The position numbers and the translations under genes were made by a program. DNA of 32,000 nucleotides from Ureaplasma parvum serovar 3 str. ATCC 27815 (lineage in GTDB: Bacteria; Bacillota_I; Bacilli_A; Mycoplasmatales; Mycoplasmoidaceae), in the NCBI RefSeq assembly GCF_000019345.1, contig NC_010503.1:719680-751679 (forward strand), in the 5' to 3' direction. The notes under the pieces are model-generated. The model was not told the origin of the DNA, did no database searches, and saw only the letters and a list, made by a program, of their open reading frames with translations. Positions 1 to 9,455 of this stretch are shown here, one piece after another; position 1 is the stretch's first letter; every line of letters begins with the position of its first letter.

Positions 1-540
1 TTTTCCTAATAAAGGTTCAATAAGTACTTGTGGTTTAATTTGTGAATAACATCATGTTTCATAAAAATTACGTGGATGATTAATTTTTTTATTAAGCAAG
101 ATGTTATTAAAATGAGTTATTATTTGTGTTAATTCTGCTTGTGAAGTAGTTTCACGAATAATATATAAATCTTCATTTTCAGTGCTATTATTCAATTTAA
201 TAATATAAGGTTTAGGGAACTTATTAAGATCTAATAAAGTAATTTGATTTTGACGATTAAAAATTGCTAAAGTTGGAACTTGATATTGATATAATCGATG
301 TTTTATTAATCATTTTTTAAAACTTATTTTATCGACAATTTCTAAAATTTTCGATTGATCTGTATTTAAATACATATAAAGTAGTTTTTCATTATAAGTT
401 TTTGGGTCTTGCAAATTCGGAGTATAACCCATTGTTTTGCTTCATATATTTATTAAAGATTTTTTAAATTGATTACGATCATTTTTATAATATAATCTTG
501 TAATTTCATTTAATTCTTTAATTAATTTATCAGTTATCAT
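1..540 (-). CDS. ATP-grasp amidoligase, TupA-like family (N-terminal 180 aa only; the gene runs off the left edge of the window)
   Basis: ATG at 540, open to position 1 when the 3 in-frame TGA are read as Trp. The N-terminus (GYTPNLQDPKTYNEKLLYMYLNTDQSKILEIVDKISFKKWL...FPKPYIIKLNNS) resembles the N-terminal signature of TupA-like ATP-grasp proteins (NL..P.TFNEK...DK...P.FV.K.NH). The start lies 5 nt after the upstream stop, with AAGGAA as SD. Confidence 0.5.
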
Positions 541-545
541 ATTTT

Positions 546-1499
546 TTATTCCTTGATTAAAACATTAACTCTCTTAGTAATTATTTTAGGAGCATATGAT
601 AATTTTGAAGCACTTATATTATCAGACCACGCCCCATCTTGTCGATCTATCAATCAATTATTAATATTATTAATTATTAAATTTTGTGATAATAAATATT
701 GATACATACCTCTAATTTCACGATCTGTTTGCTCAATAAGAATTTCTGCAATATTTGGACGAGTATAAACTAATGTAAATCCAACTATTTTATTTATTGA
801 TTTTTTTATTAAAAGTGATCCCATAAAATAAGGATTAGTTTGTGTGTTTAATAACAAATCAGAATTAGAATTAACTAGCATTCTTTTTGAATTAATAAAA
901 TTTTTAACATCTCATTCTTTTAAGAAAGTGCAAACCTCATGTAAATGAAATTTAGGATTATACTTAATAATTTCATAATCATTTTTAAAATTTTTAATAA
1001 AAAAATTAAGATTATTACGCTTTTTTTGTAGAATTTTTCCACAAAAGTATTTTAATGATTGCGTTTCATAAATAAAATTTGAATATCAACTATAAATTAA
1101 TTCAAAATTAAATTGAGATAAATTATTTAAATAATTTTCATCTTGTATTCCATTAATTGCTAATAAAAATTCTTTTTTAAAATTTGTTTTTAATGCTTCT
1201 AAAGCAATTGGAATCAATGTTGTTCAATCATATTTTTTTGCATCAAAATAAGCGAATATAATAAAAAATTTGCCAATAAACTGTGTTGCAATTTTATTTT
1301 GTTCAATTATCTTTAATTCTTCATTTGCTTGTGCATAAAATAGAACAATATTTTTATCTTTTAAATACTCAAAATAAATATCATAACCATAATAAGTTCA
1401 TAATAATAATGTCAAGGTCGAAATTTGTTGTCCAGGATTAATATCTTCTTTTATTTGCTCAACAAATTCATAATTATTTCATGTTAGTTTTGTATACAT
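546..1499 (-). CDS. DUF2156-like protein (fold of the MprF C-terminal aminoacyl-lipid synthase domain / GNAT-like), 317 aa
   Basis: ATG at 1499, TAA at 546-548, 6 in-frame TGA=Trp. It absorbs track ORF 654..881. These motifs match stand-alone DUF2156 proteins from memory: ISTLTLLLWTYYGYDIYFEYL, SLKYFCGKILQKKRNNLNFF, EILIEQTDREIRGMYQYLL and WLIDRQDGAWSDNISASKLSYAPKIITKR. Confidence 0.6.
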
Positions 1500-1519
1500 A
1501 TAACCTTATAAGATATAAT

Positions 1520-1544
1520 AAAAATCCATATAAAATGGATTTTT
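1520..1544 (-). terminator. Rho-independent-type hairpin downstream of rpsI
   Basis: AAAAATCCAT-ataaa-ATGGATTTTT forms a 10-bp stem with A and T tracts, so it could act in both directions. It lies 25 nt after the rpsI stop. Confidence 0.65.
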
Positions 1545-1568
1545 AAATGTTTAATAATTAAAAATAAA

Positions 1569-1970
1569 TTAACGTTTTGTAAATTGAGGAGCACGACGTG
1601 CACCATATAGCCCAAATTTCTTACGTTCTTTAACACGTGAATCACGTGTTACTAAACCAGCTTTACGTAAATCGGTTTTTAAATCTTCGCGAGTTTGAAT
1701 TAAAGCACGAGTAATTCCTAAACGAATTGCTCCAGCTTGTCCATTAAATCCACCACCAATAACTTTAACATAAACATCATAAGTTTCAGCTGTTTTTGTT
1801 AAAACCAATGGTTGCATCATGTCTTGGATAACTAATTTATTTGGAAAATAATTTTCTGGTTGACGATCATTAACAAGAACCTTTCCAGAACCTGGAACTA
1901 ATTTAACTCTTGCAATTGAAGATTTACGACGACCTAAACCTTTGTATTCAACAATATTACTTTTTTGCAT
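1569..1970 (-). CDS. rpsI: 30S ribosomal protein S9
   Basis: Intact 133-aa track ORF with a true ATG. The C-terminus ([25 protein letters not shown]) is the S9 signature. GAAGGAA SD lies upstream. Confidence 0.97.
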
Positions 1971-1989
1971 AATAATTTAATTCCTTCTT

Positions 1990-2436
1990 CTATTTTAATT
2001 TTAATTCCAAAATAGTTGGTTGTTGTGCTTCATGGGGATGTTTATCATTTTTATAAATGAATAATTTGTTTAGAATTTGTTTTGCTAATTTATTTTTTGG
2101 AAGCATTCCTTTAACTGAACGACGAATAAGTTCATCTGAATATTTGCTAATCATTTCTTCCCCACTACGTGTTCTTAAACCACCAATATAGTGTGAATGA
2201 TTATATCAATTTTCACGTAATGCTTTTTGACCAGTTAAAACAACTTTATCTGAATTGATAACTACCACATAATCACCTGCATCAACGTTTGGTGTATAAT
2301 CAACTTTATTCTTTCCTCTTAAAATATCTGCTACTTTAACAGATAAACGACCTAAAACTAAATCTGTTGCATCAACTAAATATCATTGTCGACGCGCAAT
2401 AGCGACTTCTTTCTTAAGCATTGAAGACTTTTGCAT
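1990..2436 (-). CDS. rplM: 50S ribosomal protein L13
   Basis: Hand translation (2 TGA=Trp) gives a 148-aa protein: [65 protein letters not shown]... Typical L13, in the conserved rplM-rpsI order. Confidence 0.95.
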
Positions 2437-2749
2437 TTTTTCTCTCCTTAAAAAAAGTTCTTATTTCTGTATAAATAAGTTTTAAAAATTAAAAATATTG
2501 GATTTTTTAGATGTAACTAAATATTATTATACTAAAAAGTTAACAAAATAATATAGAATAAAAATCAAATCTTTTATATTATTTAAAATAATCACTCATT
2601 AATGTTTCTTTTTTTAAAAAAACTTTTATATTTTTACAATTTATGGTAAATTAATTATTTTTTATATTTTTGATATATAGATTATCGTAAATTCCAAATT
2701 TTATCGTTAAATAATATTAGGAGTCTATAAAAGGAATCTATAAAAAATT

Positions 2750-4330
2750 ATGAAAAGAAAGAATAAAATAATAACATCATCATTAGCTTTATTGTTTACA
2801 GGAGTAATAGCAACGATAAGTATTGCCGCTTGCTCAAAACAAAATAATCAAAAAACAAAAAATTTTAATTCACAAGAACAAGCAAATAAGATTATTGAGG
2901 CTATATTAAATAAAAAAGAAGGTAAGGATAATTTTATCGATTGAGTTCATTGATGAAATAGTCCATTTCAACAAGCACGCAAACTTGCAAAAGATTTAGA
3001 TAAATATATTGATTTAACAAAATCTAAAAATTTTAAATCAATGATTGATAAAAATGAATATAAGTCAACTTTTAGTGCACAAATTGAAAATGTAATTAGG
3101 ATCATTAAAGATGATATTAAAATGTATGCTAATTCACCATTTTGAAAAAAATGACGCCAGCAAAAGAAAACAGCACTATTTTTAATTAATTATGCACCTA
3201 TTCAAAAAGATGATAGCCAAATTAATGCTCCAGGTATTTTATTACCTGCTGAATACCCATTATTATATTCTAAACCTGATTTTGAAGAACTACCAGGATT
3301 CGGTGCATTTTTTCCTACACCAAAATCTATGGATGCAGTCGATCTTTTAGATACTTGAAAATCGTTTGGATCATTAATTTCATCTAAAGGTAATTCTGTT
3401 GAAAAAAGCGTTTTAGCATCTAAATTACAAAATTCATTTGCAAAAACAGCAGATAAAGTTGTTTACATTTATGATGATGCTATTGTCCCTAATATTTATG
3501 ATAAGAATGGCAATCGTAATTTAAAAATTACACAAGAATTTGCTAATTGAATGATTAACCAAAATTATAAAGGTTATTTAGCTCGTGAATTTTTAAAAAT
3601 AAATCAAAAAAATGATTTAATTCCTTTACCAATGAGTATTGTTTGACACGCAAGTTATGGTATCATCGGAATGCATCGTATGTTATATACTTTATCAAAA
3701 GCTTTTGGAATGCCAAAAGATGAATTAGAACATTTGAAAGCACAAGAAAAATTTAAAATTCCAACTTTAAAAAAATTACTAACAAATGATGAATTAGAAT
3801 TGAAAAATGGTATACAAACGATTAAAACAGGCATTGATTCGCCATTTAAATATCATCGCGATCAAAACCGTGATGATTGAAAAATTTGAGCAACTAATTC
3901 CCAAGTTTTAGATATTTGTATTGCTTTGGGTTTAAAACCAGATTTATTAGTTAAAGGCGAACTATCAACTAGTGTCCATGAAGATCCTAACTTAGCTTAT
4001 TATTTAAATGATGTAATAAAAAACCAATTAAGTGATATAGAACAAATTAGTATTAAAAAAAACCACATTAATTGAACAGCAACAAATTATGAACCTATTA
4101 AAAATTTAAATGTTAATTTAATTTTAATGGGTGTGCATGGCTTAATTAAAAATTCAGCTTTTAAAAAAATGATGGATGAAGGTAAACAAATTAAAAATTG
4201 GGCCTTTACTGACCGCAGATTTAGCGATGAAACACGCCAATATGTTAAAAAAGGTGAAGAAGATTTATATAGCCAAAACGCATCAATTCTTGGTTGAGAT
4301 GAGTTTTTAAAAACGAAGAACAATCAATAA
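2750..4330 (+). CDS. Membrane lipoprotein of unknown function, 526 aa
   Basis: The signal peptide and lipobox are MKRKNKIITSSLALLFTGVIATISIAAC. The frame stays open to TAA 4328-4330 when 10 in-frame TGA are read as Trp. It joins track ORFs 2750..2944 and 3671..3880. I recognised no catalytic motif. Confidence 0.85.
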
Positions 4331-4468
4331 TAATTCTTACTTTAAAGTTAATAATTATTCAATTAAACTAATAAATATTTTAAAAACAGTATTAAAAATA
4401 TTTTTTTAGAAAATTATTTTTTTTTAATTTCCTATTGTATAATATAAAAATAAAATTTTAAATTTTTT

Positions 4469-4502
4469 AAAAAAGAGGTCGTTAAAATGCGTCCTCTTTT
4501 TT
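4469..4502 (+). terminator. Hairpin plus T-tract between the lipoprotein gene and the permease gene
   Basis: AAAAAAGAGGtCG-ttaaaatg-CGtCCTCTTTTTT has one T.T mismatch in the stem, is flanked by an A-tract and a T-tract, and ends 22 nt before the permease ATG. Confidence 0.6.
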
Positions 4503-4524
4503 AAAAGAATGATAAGGTTGTATC

Positions 4525-6138
4525 ATGAAGATTAGTGTTAAAAAAACAAAGCAAATAGGTTTGTTTACATCTATTGCAATTATGATTAGTAGCGTTGTGG
4601 GAATTGGTATTTTTTTTAAAAATGGATCTATTTTTCGGTTTAATAACTTTAATGAAATAGGAATTATTATTTCTTGAGTGGTGGCAAGTTTAATCGCCTT
4701 TTTTACAGCATTAAGTTTTGCATATATTACCTTTTCTAAAAAATCTGGTTCTGGAATAGCTGGTATAATAGATGAATTAAAAGCTCCTAAATGTGCTCGT
4801 TTTATTTCTGTTTTGCAAACTTTTTTTTATAATGGAATACTGATGCCTTCCATTTCCTTTTTCGCTGCAGAATCATTATTAATGACAATAATACCTAAAA
4901 ATTCATCATCACCACAAATATATCAAATTTTTATTTTGGCTATCGGGTTGTTTTTATTTTTTTTGTTGCTTAATTTTATTTCATTTAAATTTAGTTCAAT
5001 TTTACAAAACATTGCAACAATTATTAAATTTATTCCTATTATTGCTATTGCTATTATTGGTATTACATATGGTATCAACAATGCACAAAATTCATTGTTC
5101 AATCATAATAATCCTAAGCATGCGAATTTTAGTCTTTTAGGAATATTAGCTTCTCTTCCTTCGATCTTATTCTCATTCGATTCTTTTTTAGGCATTTCAT
5201 CATTACAACACAAAATTAAAAATGCTCAAAAAAATGTTCCAATTACATTAATTGTTGGTATGTTTTTAGTCGCTATTGTTTATATTCTAATAACTATAGG
5301 GCAAGTTTTTGTAGGCGAAGGTTATGCTTATGGTGTAATTAATAAAGTATTTAAAAATAATATCAATCTCCTAAAAATTATTACTATTATTGTTAATGTT
5401 TTTATTACAATTTCAATTATTGGTGTTTTAAATTCATTTGTTATTTTTTCAATTCATAATGCTCAATATGTAATTAATGAAAAAATTATTTTTTGATGAT
5501 CTTGAATCCAACGTGTTCAATCAAAACATTTTAAAGAAGCACAAGGATTAATCAGTGTTTTATTCATTTTTTTTACATGAATAACCATTTTTATGATAAT
5601 TAGTATTCCATTAAATACAGACGCGTATATTGATTTATTATCTAATTATCCAATTGTTTTCTTTTTTGCAGTTTATGGTTTAATAATTGCTTTTGCCTTT
5701 TATAAAAAAGTTAAAACAAAGCAAAAAATAAAAGGCATTAAAAAACAATATTATACAAGTGATGTTACAAAACGTCCTAAATGATTTTTTAATTATCAAA
5801 ATAGTAGTTTAAAAAATAAGAATATTCTTAATAAGGAATTAAAAATTGCTAATAATTGAATTTTAAGTGTTTGAATAATTGGCATCACAAGTTGTTTATT
5901 TGTTTTTTTATACCAATTTTTATATGGATATACAATTTATGCTTGATTAGATCCTTATAATTTAAAACTATATACTTTTGGATTATTTTATGCAAATAAT
6001 GTTAGTGTCATTCCATGAATCGTTAGTTTGTTATTTTTTGTTATGCTTATATTTTTCATAGGATTTCCATTTTTAAATGATGCTATTTTAAATCTTAATC
6101 ATAAAAAAGTAAACAAACAGCAAAAAGTTTTTGTTTAA
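4525..6138 (+). CDS. APC-family amino acid permease, 537 aa
   Basis: ATG at 4525 with an AAGG SD. The N-terminus (KQIGLFTSIAIMISSVVGIGIFFK) is the APC consensus and hydrophobic segments recur throughout. It joins track ORFs 4678..5496 and 5593..5784 across TGA codons. TAA at 6136-6138. Confidence 0.85.
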
Positions 6139-6146
6139 ATGATTTA

Positions 6147-6176
6147 TTGATTTAATATTTATTAATGAGGTATAAT
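6147..6176 (+). promoter_or_regulatory. Sigma-70-type promoter candidate for rpmG-secE-nusG
   Basis: TTGATT (6147-6152), an 18-nt spacer, then TATAAT (6171-6176). The -10 ends 8 nt before the rpmG ATG. Confidence 0.4.
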
Positions 6177-6184
6177 TGAATATT

Positions 6185-6331
6185 ATGATTAAAAAAATAA
6201 TACTAGTTTGCGAAATGTGCATGAGTCGAAATTATCAAACAACACGTAATAAATTTGCTATCTCACGACTTGAATTGAATAAATATTGTAAAAAATGCAA
6301 TATGAAAACACTGCATAAGGAAACAAGATAA
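6185..6331 (+). CDS. rpmG: 50S ribosomal protein L33
   Basis: 48 aa: MIKKIILVCEMCMSRNYQTTRNKFAISRLELNKYCKKCNMKTLHKETR. It has the paired Cys-x-x-Cys motifs and the L33 C-terminus. It was too short for the ORF track. Confidence 0.93.
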   Translation: MIKKIILVCEMCMSRNYQTTRNKFAISRLELNKYCKKCNMKTLHKETR

Positions 6332-6334
6332 ATA

Positions 6335-6835
6335 ATGGTTAATGACAAAAAACAAAAATCAAATAAATATTTAACGTACCAAGATCAAGAATATGAACGT
6401 AATCTTTTATTAGAAAAAGAACGTAAACAACAAAAAAAGATTTTGGCACAACAAGCATATCAACAATTAGATCTTAATAAAAAATTAATTAAAAAAGCTA
6501 AAAATGATCAAAAACTTATTTTAAGACTACTAAAAGAAGATAAATCAATTTCAAAAACACAATTTAATACCCACCGTTTAGAATTAAAAAATACAATTGA
6601 TCAAATGGTTGATGAATATTATGAATTATTAGAACAATATAGTGTAGATTTTGAAAAAATAAGTTTTAAATTAAAACGTTGGCTCTATGGCATTAATAAA
6701 GAAATCAGACGTACTACTTGGGCTTCTAAACGTTCTGTTATTATCAGTTTAATCATTGTAATTGTTATTGTTTTAATTCTTGCTGCAATATTTTTTGGTA
6801 TTGATACAGGTTTTTATAAATTATCAGCAAAATAA
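6335..6835 (+). CDS. secE: Preprotein translocase subunit SecE with a long N-terminal extension
   Basis: The C-terminus (EIRRTTWASKRSVIISLIIVIVIVLILAAIFFGID) matches the SecE (E.KKV.WP.R.E + single TM) signature. It sits in the conserved rpmG-secE-nusG order. The preceding ~120 aa are K/Q/E-rich. Confidence 0.75.
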   Translation: MVNDKKQKSNKYLTYQDQEYERNLLLEKERKQQKKILAQQAYQQLDLNKKLIKKAKNDQKLILRLLKEDKSISKTQFNTHRLELKNTIDQMVDEYYELLEQYSVDFEKISFKLKRWLYGINKEIRRTTWASKRSVIISLIIVIVIVLILAAIFFGIDTGFYKLSAK

Positions 6836-6860
6836 AATTTTAAAAGTAAAGGAAAAGATT

Positions 6861-7637
6861 ATGGCATATAAGATTAAAGATTTAGATTCTAAATTATTAA
6901 GTGATTTAAAAATTGATTTTAATCACAGACATCAATGATACATTGTTACGGTAGTAAGCGGTAATGAACAAAAAGTTATTGAAAATATTAAAGATAAATT
7001 AAATGGCTATGGTTATGGTGATAAATTATCAGATTTAAAAATTATTAAAGAAAAAATTAAAGAAGTTAAAATTTATGAGCCATCAGAAGCGCCACGGTCA
7101 ATGAAGAATCGTGCAAACACAAAATGAGAAACAATAGTTGTTGATGGCGCAACAAAATATCGTTGTACAAAAATAAAAGAAGGTAATAAATTTAATGGAT
7201 ATATCTTTTTAAAAGCGGAAATGACCGATCAAATTTGGTTTTTAATTCGTAATACCCAAATGGTTACTGGTTTAGTTGGTTCATCTGGAAAAAATGTTAA
7301 ACCAATTCCTGTACCTGAAGATAAGATCTTAAAATTAATTGCTGATAATGATGCTAAACGTGCTTTAATAAGTCTAAATGAAAAAGTTGACCATGAAGAA
7401 AATATTGAAGTTATTGAATTGCATGAAGACGAAAATTTTACGAACTTTGAAGTTGATCAAGAAGTTAAAATTATCGCAGATACTTTTTTTGGTGAAATTG
7501 CAAAAATTGCAAAAATTGATCAAAACAAGAAAATTGCCACTGTAGAATTTGAATTTTTTGGCCGAATTAACACACTAGATTTAAATTTTAATGATATTCA
7601 ACTTTATGATGAAGAAAGTGATAAGTTAGAAAACTAA
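6861..7637 (+). CDS. nusG: Transcription termination/antitermination factor NusG, 258 aa
   Basis: ATG at 6861 with an AAAGGAAAAG SD. The N-terminus (WYIVTVVSGNEQKV, with TGA=Trp) is NGN-like. GYIFLKAEM and LIRNTQMVTGLVGSSGKNVKPIPV also fit NusG. The C-terminus has a KOW-like segment (EVKIIADTFFGEIAKIAKID). It extends track ORF 7221..7637. Confidence 0.9.
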
Positions 7638-7644
7638 TAAAAAT

Positions 7645-7684
7645 AAAAAAACACTTTACATTTTTGTTTGTAAGGTGTTTTTTA
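7645..7684 (+). terminator. Rho-independent terminator of the rpmG-secE-nusG operon
   Basis: ACACTTTACA-tttttgtt-TGTAAGGTGT forms a 10-bp stem (one G.U) followed by a T-run, 8 nt after the nusG stop. Confidence 0.8.
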
Positions 7685-8055
7685 TTAAAATGTTTTTAGA
7701 AAAACTCATCCTATTTATATGAAAGTAATTAATTGAAAAGGGAAAAATGGAATACTACAACTTGTATTTATTATTTAAAAAAGAACTTTGTAAGGAATTG
7801 TAAAAAAGAATATTGATTTTAAAAATAAAATTTTTAAAATCTTATAGTTAAATACTTATTATAATAATAAAAAATAAAGGTATTTATGAAATATAAATAG
7901 TTTTTATCTTGTTTGTTTTTAAATCTTCAAACTAAATTAAAAGATTTATAACAATAAATGAGAATTCTAAAGAAAAAAGTTTTTTGTTAAAATAGAGACT
8001 AAAATATATTAACGTAATTAATTATCGAAATGTTTATTATCATAAACAAAAGTCG

Positions 8056-8095
8056 ATGCATATAAGTTTTACGAGCCTTTAAAACTTATATGCAT
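8056..8095 (-). terminator. Long perfect hairpin downstream of the DEAD-box helicase gene
   Basis: ATGCATATAAGTTTTA-cgagcctt-TAAAACTTATATGCAT forms a 16-bp perfect stem, 28 nt after the helicase stop. A smaller hairpin follows on the minus strand (TGTTTAT-tatc-ATAAACA, 8026-8055). Confidence 0.6.
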
Positions 8096-8123
8096 TACTA
8101 TTATATTATTTTTTTAAAATTTA

Positions 8124-9455
8124 TTAACTATTTTTTAATTTATATCCACGAATTCGGTGAGCATTCATTTTCTTTTCGATATGAGAGCGTTTGTTTTTTT
8201 GATTAATTTTTTGAATAGCTTCTTTAATTTTCTTTTTATATCCTGGTTTTATTTTTGTACTTGTTGTTGAGATTATTTTTTGAATTTCATTTTGTGTTTT
8301 TAAATCTTTAAATTGATTTTTTTTCTTAAAAAGAAATTCTTTATCAAATAACTCATTTTCTTTAATGAATTTATGGTGAAAGACGATTCCTTTTTTTGAT
8401 AAATTCAATAACTTATCATGTTCTTTTTGATCATATAAAACATATGATTCTCCACTATATTTACCACGACCACTACGTCCTGCACGGTGAATGTATCATT
8501 CATTTTCAGTAGGCAAATTTCAATTAATAATATGACTTACACCATCAATATCTAAACCACGACTTGCAATATCTGAGGCAACAACATACTGAAATTTATT
8601 ATTTTTAATATCACGATAGTTGTTTTTTCGTTCACGTTGAAGTAGTGAGCCATGCAAAATGCAAACATTTTTATTTTGTTGAATTAAATATTGATAAATT
8701 GCTTCAACTTCTTTTTTTGTATTTGCAAAAATGATACATAAATAAGGTTTAATAGTCTTCATAATTATAGATAATGAATGTCATTTGTCGTGATTATGAA
8801 TAACATAATGGGTTATTTTTTTATTTTCATAAATTGAATTACTAATATTAATAATCTTTGTATTTTTAAAATATTTTTTTAATTGGATCGATAACATTTC
8901 GTGCAGTGTAGCGCTAAAACTTATTTTCTGTACATCTTTATTTGTAAATTGTGAGTTAATAAACTCTAAATCACTAATAAAACCAAGATCCATTAACATA
9001 TCAGCTTCATCAAAAACAAGTGCATTAACATGGTGTAAATCAAGAATTTGTCGTGTTAAAATTTGTTTTAGACGCGTTGGAGTTGCAATAAGCAGTTGGC
9101 TTTTATTTAATTGTGAATTAATTTGCTGGTCAATACTTTCACCACCAATTAACATTTTAACTTGTAAAAGTGGTTGATGTTTTTTAAAAACAATAATTTT
9201 ACTAAAAATTTGGCGAGCTAACTCACGAGTGGGAGTAATAATTATAACTTGCAGTTTTTGAGATAAATCTAAGTTGTTTAATATAGGCAAAACAAAGGCT
9301 AAAGTTTTCCCTGTCCCTGTTGGTGCAACGCCAATAATATTTTCTCTTTTAGCGATTAATGGCATCGTTTTTAATTGAATAGGTGTTGGTTCGAAAATTT
9401 TTTGGTTAATTAATGAATCAAGAATTCATTTTTGATAATTACTATTAAATTTCAT
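8124..9455 (-). CDS. DEAD-box ATP-dependent RNA helicase, 443 aa
   Basis: Three track ORFs (8781..9365, 8520..8762, 8124..8408) are in one frame separated by TGA. Motifs present: FEPTPIQ (Q), APTGTGKT (I), PTRELA, DEAD, SAT, ARGLD and HRAGRSGRG (VI). A basic C-terminal tail follows. Confidence 0.92.

Noticed and set aside
4055-4062. Homopolymer tracts as phase-variation switches: A8 inside the lipoprotein gene (4055-4062), A7 near the permease 5' end (4541-4547) and T9 upstream of the permease -10 (4417-4425).
   Set aside because: Runs of 7-9 A/T are expected by chance at this base composition. The A8 lies near the 3' end of the gene, where a frameshift would remove only the last ~90 residues. 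The T9 does not sit between a recognisable -35 and -10 pair. Without population data this is not supportable.
7685-8055. A ~370-nt gap with no ORF between the convergent nusG and helicase terminators, which could hold a small RNA (SRP RNA, RNase P RNA, tmRNA) or a gene remnant.
   Set aside because: I found no conserved RNA signature such as GAGGAAAGUCC or an SRP domain IV motif. The only ORFs are tiny (12-19 codons) and there are only short A/T-rich inverted repeats. The sequence gives nothing firm to support a call, and transcriptome data would be needed.
8124-9455. Apparent fragmentation of the helicase, MATE, tkt, cls, topA, gltX and other genes into several short ORFs, which could suggest pseudogenes or frameshifts.
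   Set aside because: All fragments of each gene share one reading frame and are separated only by TGA, never by TAA/TAG. Reading TGA as Trp restores full-length proteins with complete motif sets.
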